Assembly: GCA_035390665.1 (NCBI GenBank)
Contig: DAOOUC010000001.1
Span: 1 to 32,000 of the forward strand
Reading direction: 5' to 3'
Length of the DNA stretch: 32,000 nucleotides
From: an archaeon
GTDB lineage: Archaea; Iainarchaeota; Iainarchaeia; Iainarchaeales; CSSED10-239
The translations under genes and the position numbers were made by a program. Each line of letters begins with the position of its first letter. Position 1 is the stretch's first letter. The notes beneath the pieces were generated by a model. The model was not told where the DNA came from. It did no database searches and saw only the letters and a list, made by a program, of their open reading frames with translations. Positions 1 through 9,906 of this stretch are shown here, in pieces.

Positions 1-47
1 AAGAAGAAGTAGATAGAAGATATAATGAATTATTGAAACTAGAGAAA

Positions 48-1226
48 TTATAATTTCTCTTTAGTCTCAATTGCTATTTCTAATTCCTCGTTTGTTGGAA
101 CAACCATTGCTATAACTTTACTGTCTTTTGTTGAAATGATTGTACTGTGTTTTATATTTGCGTCTTTATCAATTTTTAAACCAAGATAAGAGAAACTCTC
201 AAGCACTAATTCTCTTAGATATGCTGATTTTTCTCCAATGCCGCCAGTAAAAACAATTGCATCAACACCATTCATCTCAGCTATATAGCTTCCAACAATA
301 GAAACAATTCTTGTAGTTAAAATATCATTTGCAAGTTTTGCTTTTTTATCTCCTGCAATTGAAAGATTTTCTATTTGGCGGTGATCGCTACTTATCTGAC
401 TAATTCCAAATAATCCTGATTCTTTATTTATCATTTTTTTTATTTGTTCTTTGGAATATCCGTTTTCTAAAAGGAAAAGAATAATTTCAGGATCAAAGCT
501 TCCGCTTCTTGTTCCCATTGGAAGACCATCAACAGGTGTAAAACCCATAGAGGTGTCAAAACTTTTTCCTTTGTTGATTGCACAAATACTTTGTCCGTTC
601 CCTAAATGGCAAGTTATTATCTTTAAATCATTATAATCTTTCCCTAATATTTCTGCTGCACTTTTTGATACAAACTTATGACTAATTCCATGAAATCCAT
701 ATTTTCTAATCTTAAATTTTTCATATAATTCCTTTGGAAGACCATAAAGATAAATCTTTTCTGGAATTGTTTGATGAAAAGCGGTATCAAATACTGCAAA
801 TTGTCTTGCAGCAGGAAGCTTTTCTTTTAATATTTCTATACATTCAATATTAACTGGATTATGAAGAGGAGCTAGAAATGAAATTTTTTTTAAATGTAAA
901 AGCATTTGGTCTGTAATTTCTGTGGTTTTAGAATACTCTTCAGCACCGTGGACTACACGATGTCCAAGAAATCGTACATCTGATAGATTAGCTACAACCT
1001 TTTTTTCTAAAAGAACAGAAAGCATATCTTCAATTGCTTGCCGGTGTGTTTTTATTTCTGTTTCTTCTGTTGTTTTTGACCCTTGAGTTAATATTCTTAA
1101 ACAGGCTTTTCCATCTATTCTGTTAAGTCCATCATATAGCCCTTTAATTAATACTTCTCCTGTATCTGGATTAATATATTGGAATTTTAAGGAACTACTT
1201 CCTGCATTAATTACTAATATGTTCAT
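48..1226 (-). CDS. ackA: acetate kinase
   Basis: 392-aa ORF with ATG start. The N-terminus MNILVINAGSSSLKFQ and internal FHGISH, HLGNGQS and TNEELEIA segments are the classic acetate/propionate kinase (ASKHA fold) signature. GGTGA lies a few nt upstream of the ATG. Confidence 0.95.
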   Translation of the reverse strand: MNILVINAGSSSLKFQYINPDTGEVLIKGLYDGLNRIDGKACLRILTQGSKTTEETEIKTHRQAIEDMLSVLLEKKVVANLSDVRFLGHRVVHGAEEYSKTTEITDQMLLHLKKISFLAPLHNPVNIECIEILKEKLPAARQFAVFDTAFHQTIPEKIYLYGLPKELYEKFKIRKYGFHGISHKFVSKSAAEILGKDYNDLKIITCHLGNGQSICAINKGKSFDTSMGFTPVDGLPMGTRSGSFDPEIILFLLENGYSKEQIKKMINKESGLFGISQISSDHRQIENLSIAGDKKAKLANDILTTRIVSIVGSYIAEMNGVDAIVFTGGIGEKSAYLRELVLESFSYLGLKIDKDANIKHSTIISTKDSKVIAMVVPTNEELEIAIETKEKL

Positions 1227-1238
1227 ATTTATTCACCA

Positions 1239-1487
1239 TTAATATTGAAATTTATCTACTCTTTTATTTCCTATCGCTGATTTTTTTCTTTGAATGCTAG
1301 TTCTTTTATCTCTAGTTTCAAGTAATCTAGCTAATTCTTTAGCGTTCTCTACACTTAATCCTTTAAAATTTGGATTATTATTATTTTCTCTTTTTTCATT
1401 TATTATTGGCCTTTTTGACCCTCTTGTTCTATTTACTTTTGCTATTTTATTTATAGTTGATACTCTTGGCATAATTATTTTCTCCAT
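1239..1487 (-). CDS. hypothetical small basic protein
   Basis: The track ORF (1239..1523) begins at a TTG. The first ATGs are at 1485-1487 (MEKII) and 1470-1472 (MPRVST, with GGAG upstream). Lys/Arg-rich, no recognisable family. The start is uncertain. Confidence 0.4.
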   Translation of the reverse strand: MEKIIMPRVSTINKIAKVNRTRGSKRPIINEKRENNNNPNFKGLSVENAKELARLLETRDKRTSIQRKKSAIGNKRVDKFQY

Positions 1488-1559
1488 TTTCTTATTTGTA
1501 ATAAAACTAATAACCCAAAACAATTATATTTATATATACTTTTAAGATTATTTTATGTT

Positions 1560-2777
1560 ATGAAAACAGAAGAAGAAACAACAGAAAAATTAAGCTTTAT
1601 AAAGAAAATAATTATTGGTATGCAAATGCTTTTTGTAGCTTTTGGTGCCGTGGTTCTTGTACCTTTACTTGTTGGAATTGATCCGTCTATTGCTCTTTTT
1701 ACTGCTGGTTGTGGAACTTTAATTTTTCATTTTATTACCAATGGAAAAATTCCTGTTTTTTTAGGAAGTTCTTTTGTTTTTATTGCTCCAGTAATTAAAG
1801 CAACACAAATGTATGGATATCCTGGTGCTCTTGGCGGATTAATGGCTGTGGGAATAGTCTATATGATAATGTCTTTTGTTATTAAGAAAAAAGGCATCAA
1901 ATTTCTATCAAATCTTTTTCCGCCAATTGTTGTTGGGCCAGTAATCATGATTATTGGTTTGTCTCTTGCTAGTACTGGCGTAGAAATGGCAAATAACAAC
2001 TGGCCACTTGCAATCATTGCTTTAACAACTGCTATAATTGTTGTTATATTTGGTAAAGGAACAATAAAATTACTTCCGGTTATTTTTGGATTGATTGTTA
2101 GTTATATTGTTGCAATATTTTTAGGACTTGTAGATTTTACAAAACTAATAAATGCGCCTTGGTTTTCAATACCTCAATTTTCATTGCCTGTATTTAACAT
2201 AAATGCAATTTTATTTTTGATACCTGTTGCAATTGCACCAATGATTGAACATATCGGAGACATGTATGCAATATCTAAAGCAACAAATAAAGATTTTGTT
2301 AAAAAACCAGGACTTTCAAGAACAATGTTTGGTGACGGGTGTGCAACATTTTTCTCCGGTCTTGTCGGCGGAACACCAACAACAACTTATTCAGAAGTTA
2401 CTGGTGCAATTATTCTTACAAAGATTACAGATCCTGTTGTTTTAAGAATTGCAGCAATAACTGCAATCTGTTTTGCTTTCCTTGGTAAAATCAGCGGATT
2501 TCTATACACGATTCCTCAAGCAATTTTAGGCGGAATGATGCTTTTATTATTTGGAATGATTACAATTGTTGGAATAAAATCAATTACAGAAAATAAAGTA
2601 AATCTTAACCACACTAAAAATATGGTAATAATTGCAGTAATGCTAACAATCGGTGTTGGTGGAGCAATGCTATCTTTTGGTAATTTCTCTTTTGGTGGTG
2701 TATCTCTAGCAAGTGTTATTGGAATAACATTAAATCAGGTATTACCTGATAAAGAAAAAGATTTAAGAAGTGTTTAA
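1560..2777 (+). CDS. uraA: uracil/xanthine permease (NCS2/NAT family)
   Basis: 405-aa polytopic membrane protein. MLFVAFGAVVLVPLLVGIDPS, IPVFLGSSFVFIAP and the EHIGD and TTTYSEVTGAI segments match the UraA/PyrP uracil permease pattern. Confidence 0.85.
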   Translation: MKTEEETTEKLSFIKKIIIGMQMLFVAFGAVVLVPLLVGIDPSIALFTAGCGTLIFHFITNGKIPVFLGSSFVFIAPVIKATQMYGYPGALGGLMAVGIVYMIMSFVIKKKGIKFLSNLFPPIVVGPVIMIIGLSLASTGVEMANNNWPLAIIALTTAIIVVIFGKGTIKLLPVIFGLIVSYIVAIFLGLVDFTKLINAPWFSIPQFSLPVFNINAILFLIPVAIAPMIEHIGDMYAISKATNKDFVKKPGLSRTMFGDGCATFFSGLVGGTPTTTYSEVTGAIILTKITDPVVLRIAAITAICFAFLGKISGFLYTIPQAILGGMMLLLFGMITIVGIKSITENKVNLNHTKNMVIIAVMLTIGVGGAMLSFGNFSFGGVSLASVIGITLNQVLPDKEKDLRSV

Positions 2778-2778
2778 A

Positions 2779-3036
2779 TCACTTCTTCTTTGGCTTTGAT
2801 TTTGTACTTTTTACTGCAACAGCTTTCTTGTTTTTTAATTTCTCTGCCTCAAATCTATCTTTTGTAAGTAAATCGCAAAATTCTTCAAAAGTCATATATT
2901 CTTCTTTATTTTTTGTAGATTTTGATTTCACACTTACTACTTTTTTTGCCAATGGCTTTGGCTTTGCAGCAACTACTTTTTTTGTTACTACAGTTTTCTT
3001 TTTTACTACTGCTTTTTTTGTTGTTTGTTTTTTCAT
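2779..3036 (-). CDS. lysine-rich, histone-H1-like/low-complexity basic protein
   Basis: 85-aa ORF with ATG start and a G-rich SD-like stretch upstream. K/V/A-rich repeats (KKAVVKKKTVVTKKVVAAKPKPLAKK) flank a short acidic/helical core (EEYMTFEEFCDLLTKDRFEAEKL). No family assignment is possible from sequence alone. Confidence 0.55.
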   Translation of the reverse strand: MKKQTTKKAVVKKKTVVTKKVVAAKPKPLAKKVVSVKSKSTKNKEEYMTFEEFCDLLTKDRFEAEKLKNKKAVAVKSTKSKPKKK

Positions 3037-3055
3037 TTTGTTTTCCCCCTTTTAA

Positions 3056-4216
3056 TTACAAGAATATTTCTTTTTCAATCTTTTCAGGCAAATACTTTCT
3101 TGCAACAAAATCAAGTGACTTATTTGCAAGAGCCTGCTGTTCTATTCTGATTTTTTTATCAATAGCTAATTTTAATTCTGCTTGCCATTCTTTTGATTTG
3201 AACCAATCATAATTCATTAATTCCTTTGCTCTTTTTATGTCTCCGTCTTTCATTTTTTCAGTAACATTTTGTAAGCCATATGTTTCAACATCTGTAAGAG
3301 TCATACCAACATATTTAGCATCAGGAACTGCCATGTATTTTGAATGTGCGGCAAGTGCCATTGATCCACTTTTTATAACAGAATAAATATACCAACCATA
3401 TGGATCTCCATCAGTAAACACAATTACTGGAAGATCATACTCATATCTTAATCTATGAACTAAACGTCTTGCTCCTCTCGCTCCTTGACCTCCAGTTCCA
3501 ATCAATATTGCATTGTGTTGACGAGCATATCTTTCTTCAATAAGTCTGTTATACATTGCTGCAGTTTCAATTACTAAAACCATATCTGCATTAACATCTA
3601 CAATTTCAATTTCTTCAGGTTCTATTCTAGACATTATACTCCAGCCACCTCTGCCCAAAGAATTACAATTAAAAACATCATTGTCGTGCTTTAGATCTTT
3701 AAGAGTAATATCTCCATATAATGATCCTTTTGCTTCAGCGTGAAGTCCTAGTTTTTCTCTGATAGTGTTTGCTGCGTGCTCTACATCCACAATTACTTCA
3801 TCTGATTCATTCTGACCATCAAAGGTATTCTCTTTAGTATTAGCAACTGTTCTTTTTAGTTCGTAATAGATTTCTCTGATTGATGCTGTTTTCCCTTCTT
3901 TTAAATACTCATTACATTTATCATTAACAAGCATTGTTTGCATAAATTTTCTTGCAGCACCAAGATTAAGGAATGGTCTAACTGTTTTCTTATCTCCTAA
4001 CTGTATGTATTTCTTATCTTCATCAAAATAAACATTACTAAGTCCTCTAACTTTTGTTGTAAAAGTTGGGTGTCTATTTGTTTTTATTTGATCTACTATG
4101 TCTTTTGCAATTTGAAGAGTTCTTTGTTCTATATCTTTAGTTGTTTCTGTTTCATATTTATCAAGCCCTTTACGCTCGTGTTTTTTAATTAAAGTTGTTT
4201 CTTTTGTTTTTGCCAT
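3056..4216 (-). CDS. top6A: DNA topoisomerase VI subunit A (Spo11-like)
   Basis: Full-length similarity pattern to Top6A/Spo11, with a winged-helix region carrying the catalytic-Tyr context and a Toprim region (VIETAAM, FTDGDPYGWYIY). The track start at 4225 is GTG; the ATG at 4214-4216 (MAKTKE) is more likely. It lies immediately downstream of top6B. Confidence 0.95.
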   Translation of the reverse strand: MAKTKETTLIKKHERKGLDKYETETTKDIEQRTLQIAKDIVDQIKTNRHPTFTTKVRGLSNVYFDEDKKYIQLGDKKTVRPFLNLGAARKFMQTMLVNDKCNEYLKEGKTASIREIYYELKRTVANTKENTFDGQNESDEVIVDVEHAANTIREKLGLHAEAKGSLYGDITLKDLKHDNDVFNCNSLGRGGWSIMSRIEPEEIEIVDVNADMVLVIETAAMYNRLIEERYARQHNAILIGTGGQGARGARRLVHRLRYEYDLPVIVFTDGDPYGWYIYSVIKSGSMALAAHSKYMAVPDAKYVGMTLTDVETYGLQNVTEKMKDGDIKRAKELMNYDWFKSKEWQAELKLAIDKKIRIEQQALANKSLDFVARKYLPEKIEKEIFL

Positions 4217-4227
4217 AATAATCACAC

Positions 4228-5925
4228 TTATTCTTCAAATTCCTCATCTTCTGCTATAGAATCATCTTCAGCAATTTCATCATCTGCAATCTTTATTCCT
4301 TCTTCTTCCATTTTCAGTTTTTCTAAAACCATATTATTTAGATTCTTTAAAAGAAGTTCTTTATTTTTCTCTCCAGTTGTATGAACTAATGCTTCAACAA
4401 CATACGGAGCATATTTAGCAAATACTTTCTTCTTTTCTTTTTTTTCTTCTTCTCTTTTCTTTTCGATAATGTAAATTCCAACTCTTCTAGAAACATCCAT
4501 TAATGCTAATTTTATTTCATTAACAATATCAGGATCATCAGAAACTGCAGATTTACCTGCAGATGTGTAAGGTATGTGAACAGAAATAAGGTTTACAAAA
4601 ACTGTTATTGGACTTGTATCAAAATTACTTATTCCGTATCTTTTCCAATCAACAGATTCTGCAGTTTTTGTTATGGAACAGCCGCCAGCATCAAATAATA
4701 ATGGAGCCTTATTTGCATATCTTATAATTTCAGAAGATCTTACTTCTTCTGTTATTACTTCTTTGCCACTTGTCTTTTCAACAGAGATTAATCTTCCTGC
4801 TTTTCCACCATAAGCAACACCTGCTTCTATTTGGAAAGCATATCCTCCTTGATAAACTGTTGGTTTTCTTGTAACTACTGCTAAAAATTCAGGCTCAACA
4901 ATTGCTTTTAAAGATTTTTTAATTTGATCTTCTCCAATTGGTACAAGATTGTCTGTACTTGGAGCAATAAATTTAGTTTGTTTGATTGCTTTTATTAAAT
5001 CTTCTGCTTCTTCCCAAGATAATGATCTAGGATCTTTGTTTAAATCAAAGTGTACTAGTTGTTGCACATTATCAACAGAAGTTTGTCCAAATCTATCAAA
5101 GGTTGTTGTTAAAAAAGAATTAACTTTTCTTGCTTGAGCGTGTCTTGCATAAGTTAACATCTCATCTACTGTTACTCCTCTTGGGTGTGGTTTAACCGCT
5201 GTTGGAATATTTGGAAGTTTGTTAACTGTTCTTGTATATTTTGTTGCTTCTCCATTTGGATCTTGGAATTTTAAAGTTAAATGAGGATTAGCAATTGCTG
5301 TTCTTCTTAAATATTCATCAACACTTGATTGTCCTTTCTTGTATACTATGTCTTTAAACTTACATTTTACTGCTAGGCCCTTAAATTTATTTTCAAGATA
5401 ATGTTTATCAGTCACCTTTGGTGTGTTTGTTTTACTGTCAATTGAAATTTCTATAGAAACTGTTTTTCCTTTATTTGTTCCTGAAATTATTTTTGTTGGC
5501 TTTCCTGTTGTCATTTGAGATAATAGAATTATTCCACTTACACCAATTCCTTGTTGTCCTCTTGTTTGTACAAGTCTATGAAATTTTGTTCCTGCTAGAA
5601 GTTTACCCATAGCACTAGCAAGTTTATCTTCTGGTATTCCTGGGCCGTTATCAACTACAGAAATTTCATAATATTCTGTTCCAAGTTCAGAAATAGACAC
5701 CTCTAGCTCTGGAAGAATACCGGCTTCTTCACAAGCATCAAGAGAATTGGTCACAAGCTCGTGAATTATGGTAGTCATTGTCCTTTGCTTACCAGAAAGG
5801 CCTAGCATCTGTTTATTTTTCTTAAAGAAATCAGCTACTGAGTGTTCTTTAAACTCTGTAAACAACTGTTCTGCTTCTACTTCCTTTCTTGGTGTTTCTT
5901 TCTTTTCTAAAACTTTTTCAGCCAT
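4228..5925 (-). CDS. top6B: DNA topoisomerase VI subunit B (GHKL ATPase)
   Basis: 565 aa. Bergerat-fold motifs are present (ELVTNSLDA, DNGPGI, GQQGIGVS), followed by a transducer domain and an acidic C-terminal tail. It forms an operon-like pair with top6A. Confidence 0.95.
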   Translation of the reverse strand: MAEKVLEKKETPRKEVEAEQLFTEFKEHSVADFFKKNKQMLGLSGKQRTMTTIIHELVTNSLDACEEAGILPELEVSISELGTEYYEISVVDNGPGIPEDKLASAMGKLLAGTKFHRLVQTRGQQGIGVSGIILLSQMTTGKPTKIISGTNKGKTVSIEISIDSKTNTPKVTDKHYLENKFKGLAVKCKFKDIVYKKGQSSVDEYLRRTAIANPHLTLKFQDPNGEATKYTRTVNKLPNIPTAVKPHPRGVTVDEMLTYARHAQARKVNSFLTTTFDRFGQTSVDNVQQLVHFDLNKDPRSLSWEEAEDLIKAIKQTKFIAPSTDNLVPIGEDQIKKSLKAIVEPEFLAVVTRKPTVYQGGYAFQIEAGVAYGGKAGRLISVEKTSGKEVITEEVRSSEIIRYANKAPLLFDAGGCSITKTAESVDWKRYGISNFDTSPITVFVNLISVHIPYTSAGKSAVSDDPDIVNEIKLALMDVSRRVGIYIIEKKREEEKKEKKKVFAKYAPYVVEALVHTTGEKNKELLLKNLNNMVLEKLKMEEEGIKIADDEIAEDDSIAEDEEFEE

Positions 5926-6043
5926 AAATATTTCACTTTTTTAAAATTAGATTAAGATAATTAGTCTGTTATACTATATACTATATATTATATTTATAAA
6001 TATATTGTAGTGCAAAATGTTTAAAAATAGAAGTAAAAGTATT

Positions 6044-6436
6044 TTATTTTTGTTCTAGCGGTTTTGCTTTTTTATTTTTAAAATAAAGATATATATAGAT
6101 ACCTAAAAAAACAAATGGAGCACCTAAAAAGAAATAGGCAAATATGCAGGAAATACCACCACTAACGCCACAACCCATGCCGCTTAAAATAAATAACGGT
6201 ATAAATCCAAATAAGCTGAAGACAAAAGCAAATAATGGCCAAGCAGGCAATTCTGATTTCGCACTTATTTTACTAAACAGCCAATATAAAAAACCAAAAA
6301 AACAAATTGCAATTCCAAAAACTATAATTGCAGGTACTATTCCAAACGTATTCATTAGAAAAACAAAACTAAAAAAAGAAAAAAACATTACAATTATTAT
6401 GATTACCCAACCTAGTGCATCTGATTTTTCTGCCAT
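6044..6436 (-). CDS. hypothetical integral membrane protein (about 4 TM)
   Basis: 130-aa ORF with ATG start, strongly hydrophobic with four predicted helices and a Lys-rich tail. No family recognised. Confidence 0.6.
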   Translation of the reverse strand: MAEKSDALGWVIIIIVMFFSFFSFVFLMNTFGIVPAIIVFGIAICFFGFLYWLFSKISAKSELPAWPLFAFVFSLFGFIPLFILSGMGCGVSGGISCIFAYFFLGAPFVFLGIYIYLYFKNKKAKPLEQK

Positions 6437-6597
6437 AAATATTTCTCATTTTTAAAAAGATAAATCTAAATCAATTAGACATATATATACCTGATATAAT
6501 ATTTTATAAATACATCATAGTTAAAAAATAAATATTTATATATTTTTTGTTATATATATTTAATATAATGTTAGAAATAATTAACTTGTGACAAACT

Positions 6598-7002
6598 ATG
6601 AAAACAAAAAAAAACAATAAACAAAAATATAGACTAATGATTGCTTTTGGTGCATTTTTTGCAGCAGTTGCATCATTCTGTTCTTTTCATAATTTAATAT
6701 CTGATGCTGTTGCATCTGGAATAATCGGCGCGGCAACTTGTTTGTTTACGATTGGTATTGTTAGATTATATATTAGAAAAGAACCATTGATAGATGAAAT
6801 GGTAAAAACCGCAAATCAAAAAGCAATTTCTGGGGTATGGGTATTAACTTTAATTTTAACAACAATGTTATTTTGGATAAATTTAATTTTTAAAGATAAA
6901 TTATCTGTAATGCTTGTATTATCCATAATCTTATATTTTATGCTTTTTAGTGTCTTGATATTAAGATATTATTATTTGAAACATGGAATTGAAAAAACAT
7001 GA
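6598..7002 (+). CDS. DUF2178-like membrane protein
   Basis: 134 aa with four hydrophobic helices and a central [12 protein letters not shown] segment resembling the DER-containing loop of DUF2178 proteins. Its stop overlaps the start of the downstream HTH gene (ATGA), the usual arrangement for this pair. Confidence 0.55.
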   Translation: MKTKKNNKQKYRLMIAFGAFFAAVASFCSFHNLISDAVASGIIGAATCLFTIGIVRLYIRKEPLIDEMVKTANQKAISGVWVLTLILTTMLFWINLIFKDKLSVMLVLSIILYFMLFSVLILRYYYLKHGIEKT

Positions 7003-7211
7003 AAACAAAACTAAAAGAATTCCGTGCAAGATTTAATATTACTCAAGAAGATCTTGCAAATAAAGTAGGAGTTAGAAGAGAAACAATTCTTTTTATTGAA
7101 AAAGGAAAATATAACCCTTCATTAAAACTTGCAAAAAAGATAGCTAATGTCTTTAATGAAAAAATAGACGATATTTTTATATTTGATAAAAAAGAATTAG
7201 AAGCAGATTAA
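6999..7211 (+). CDS. XRE-family helix-turn-helix transcriptional regulator (YozG-like)
   Basis: 70 aa. [48 protein letters not shown] is a textbook Cro/C1 (XRE) HTH. It is translationally coupled to the upstream membrane protein. Confidence 0.9.
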   Translation: MKTKLKEFRARFNITQEDLANKVGVRRETILFIEKGKYNPSLKLAKKIANVFNEKIDDIFIFDKKELEAD

Positions 7212-7778
7212 TTATTCTTTAAAATCAATATCATCAATTGCTGTTTCTTCTGTTTCTTTATAATTCTTTAAACTCTTATTGGATTTTAACATTCTAAAAA
7301 CTGTTGTGTGTTTACAACCGCCAATTATTGCTTCTACTATTTTTTGAATCTCTGCCATATCTTCTGATTTAGCAATTATTCCAACAGTCTTACCAAAAAC
7401 ACTTATGTGACAATTAAAGTGTCTTTCAATCATATTCTTGATTGACCCTTCTCTTCCAATAATTCGCCCCTTTATTTGCTCTAAGCGGCTTTCATTTTTT
7501 CCAGCCATGTCACTTAAAGTTATTACTTCAATAGTATAATCCTCTTTTAAAATATCAAAAGCAACCTCTGGAGAAAATCCTCTTGAGATTGCAGACACTA
7601 ATTTTTTAGAATTATAGACGTCATAGTAATTGTTTCCACCAACAATTATTATCTCGCCAGTATGACTATCGATATCTAGTCTTGTGTGAGTGGCTTTCTC
7701 TATTTTTCTTTTAGTTACTCCGTTTGGCCCAATAATCATTGGAATTCTTTGTAAAGTAACTTTAATTATTTCTTCCAT
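7212..7778 (-). CDS. KH-domain RNA-binding protein (Dim2/Pno1-like)
   Basis: 188 aa with two KH-like modules (IIGPNGVTKRKIE and IIGREGSIKNMIE, GXXG loops). It sits in the conserved archaeal aIF1A-RIO-KH gene neighbourhood. Confidence 0.85.
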   Translation of the reverse strand: MEEIIKVTLQRIPMIIGPNGVTKRKIEKATHTRLDIDSHTGEIIIVGGNNYYDVYNSKKLVSAISRGFSPEVAFDILKEDYTIEVITLSDMAGKNESRLEQIKGRIIGREGSIKNMIERHFNCHISVFGKTVGIIAKSEDMAEIQKIVEAIIGGCKHTTVFRMLKSNKSLKNYKETEETAIDDIDFKE

Positions 7779-7797
7779 ATCTTTTTCCTAATTAATA

Positions 7798-8013
7798 TTA
7801 ATAAAGGTTGTCACTGTAAAGTATACAATCTATTAGTGCCCAGATATACATCCCTATTGGAACAACAATTGTCCAGCATAAAAGAACAGAAAGAATTATT
7901 CCTACCCAAAATTGAGTTCTTCTTTCTTCAAGAATATATAACCAAGCAAATACTCCAAAAAATATTGCTAATAAAATTAATGTTAACGGGTGCTTTTTAT
8001 TTGCCTTTGCCAT
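7798..8013 (-). CDS. small membrane protein (2 TM)
   Basis: The track ORF starts at GTG (8025), which is part of a GGTGA SD. The ATG at 8011-8013 (MAKANKK) is the likely start. Two hydrophobic helices. It overlaps the 3' end of the RIO kinase gene by 17 nt. Confidence 0.5.
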   Translation of the reverse strand: MAKANKKHPLTLILLAIFFGVFAWLYILEERRTQFWVGIILSVLLCWTIVVPIGMYIWALIDCILYSDNLY

Positions 8014-8746
8014 CTTCTTTTTCACCTTTATATAATTCTTCTTTTTTAATTTTTAAGTCTTCTAAAAATTTCTCAGGAGTAATTTCTTTATGGAATTTTC
8101 TTTGCAAAAATTCTGTAATGTTTAGGATGTCTCTTTTAAGAAACTCTTTAGCTTTTGGATGATTATGTAAAACTGCTTGACCTACATCAATAATTGTTAT
8201 CTTTTGAGTCTCTGGGTCTATCAAAATATTAAATGGAGAAAAATCAGCATGAACAATTTTAGCACCATAAAGCATTCTTGCGTAGTTTTCAATAATTTGT
8301 GGATAAACAATATCTAGATCAAAACTTGTTTCTTTTAATTTTGGATAACTTATGTCATCTTTACCAATAAAAGACATAATTAAAATATTTTTTTCTCTTG
8401 CTATTGGTACAGGACAATTTACTCCGTTGTTAAGTGCTAATGTTAAATTTTTGTATTCTTTACTTGCCCAAACAAGAACTATATCTCTTTTATCTTTTCC
8501 AACATTTTTAAATCTGAAATCTCCTTTGATGTATTTTTCCATGTTTTTAAATTTAGATGTTTCTTTCTTATAGATTTTTGCAACCAAAGGAGTTTTACCT
8601 AAATGCCCTAAAAAAGTAATTGCTTCTTTTCCTGAAGCTATTGGAGATTCAATAGAATCAATTATGTTATTGTTTGATAATTTAAACAAAGACTCATGTG
8701 TTTGTGTATCAAAGACATAACTTTCTATTCTTTTTGTATCAATCAT
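7997..8746 (-). CDS. rio1: RIO-type serine protein kinase
   Basis: 249 aa. It has an ATP-binding loop context (IASGKEAITF), VAKIYK, the catalytic IVHADFSPFNILI and the metal-binding IIDVGQAV, all typical of RIO1/RIO2 atypical kinases. Confidence 0.9.
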   Translation of the reverse strand: MIDTKRIESYVFDTQTHESLFKLSNNNIIDSIESPIASGKEAITFLGHLGKTPLVAKIYKKETSKFKNMEKYIKGDFRFKNVGKDKRDIVLVWASKEYKNLTLALNNGVNCPVPIAREKNILIMSFIGKDDISYPKLKETSFDLDIVYPQIIENYARMLYGAKIVHADFSPFNILIDPETQKITIIDVGQAVLHNHPKAKEFLKRDILNITEFLQRKFHKEITPEKFLEDLKIKKEELYKGEKEDGKGK

Positions 8747-8759
8747 ATTCTTTCTTATT

Positions 8760-9227
8760 TTATTCTGTTGTTTCTTCGTCTGTATTTGTTTCTTCTTCTG
8801 TTATTTCTTCTTCAACCACGGCTTCTGAGAAATTTTCTGGGATTACAATTTCATCATGAGTGTAATCATAAAGTTTTGTTAATTCTCCGCGTTTCTCTAA
8901 AGACGTTTTTTGGAATCCTTGATATCTCCAGACAACATCGGCTTTACTTGGTTGGAAATCCCATAATTTTACAATAACGATATCGTTTGCTTTTAGCCAG
9001 ACGTGTTTGAAAAGCTTTCCAGGTATTCTACAAATTCTATCTTGAGCATCTTCACAAGAAACTTTAACTTGATTTGATCCCATTAATTGTATAACTTTTC
9101 CATACATTTCTAAATCCTTTCTAAAAGGAGTTCTTAATTTCCTTATAACTGTAGGATCTGATGCCTCTCTGTTTTGTTTATTAAAATAAGGCTTGTGGCC
9201 TTGATTTGTTGGTTTATTAAATGCCAT
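8760..9227 (-). CDS. eif1A: translation initiation factor aIF-1A
   Basis: 155 aa. The S1-like OB core (GKVIQLMGSNQVKVSCEDAQDRICRIPGKL..VWLKANDIVIV) matches eIF-1A. It carries an unusually long acidic C-terminal tail. Confidence 0.9.
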   Translation of the reverse strand: MAFNKPTNQGHKPYFNKQNREASDPTVIRKLRTPFRKDLEMYGKVIQLMGSNQVKVSCEDAQDRICRIPGKLFKHVWLKANDIVIVKLWDFQPSKADVVWRYQGFQKTSLEKRGELTKLYDYTHDEIVIPENFSEAVVEEEITEEETNTDEETTE

Positions 9228-9596
9228 TTATTTTTCCTCTTTTATTTTTTTTAATAAATTCTCAAAATTTTTAACCCAATTTTGAAATCTTGGGATTATA
9301 TCGTTTTTTTCTGCTCTTGATAAATTTGAACCCTCTATTTCTTTAATTTTATTTTCTAATTGCCCTTTTCTCCAGGAAACTCTGTCATATTTTTCTTTCT
9401 TAGTAAATTTTATGCCTTCTGGAAGTGCAGAAGACACAATATTTGTTAACTCGTGTGCAAAAACAAAATATTGTTTTGTTCTATAGAATGGTTCTATTTG
9501 CTTTTCTTTAGCCTTTGTTTCTGTTCTTTCAACCACTTTTGGTTTTGTCACTTTATTTTGGCGGACAATTTTTCGTGTTAGTGATCTACCAGCCAT
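9228..9596 (-). CDS. hypothetical protein
   Basis: 122-aa ORF with ATG start. Its stop directly abuts the aIF-1A start. Basic N-terminus and helical C-terminus, no recognisable family. Confidence 0.55.
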   Translation of the reverse strand: MAGRSLTRKIVRQNKVTKPKVVERTETKAKEKQIEPFYRTKQYFVFAHELTNIVSSALPEGIKFTKKEKYDRVSWRKGQLENKIKEIEGSNLSRAEKNDIIPRFQNWVKNFENLLKKIKEEK

Positions 9597-9606
9597 ATTA
9601 TCCCAT

Positions 9607-9897
9607 TTATAGTTTATATATTTGAGCGTGTGCTATTTTATCAATATAAATTATTTGCTCTTTTGTGATTAGATTATTTTTTAATAATAAGTCGCACACA
9701 TTATTTCCAAAAATATTTGCACAATCGCATTCTTCAATATTTTCAAGAATTTGCTCTTTTGTTAGATTCTCTTTACCAAAGAAACTAGAATTTATAATAA
9801 TCTCAATATCATTAAATCTTAACTTAGTATCTAGTAATTCTTTATCACAGCACGCAAAAATTTTTTTATTTTCTTGAATATGTAATTTACCTATCAT
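9607..9897 (-). CDS. DUF424 domain protein
   Basis: 96 aa. The pattern FACCDKELLD..(F)FGKE..EQILENIEECDCANIFGNN..IDKIAHAQIY matches archaeal DUF424 proteins, which commonly neighbour aIF-2beta. Confidence 0.7.
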   Translation of the reverse strand: MIGKLHIQENKKIFACCDKELLDTKLRFNDIEIIINSSFFGKENLTKEQILENIEECDCANIFGNNVCDLLLKNNLITKEQIIYIDKIAHAQIYKL

Positions 9898-9906
9898 GAT
9901 TTACCT

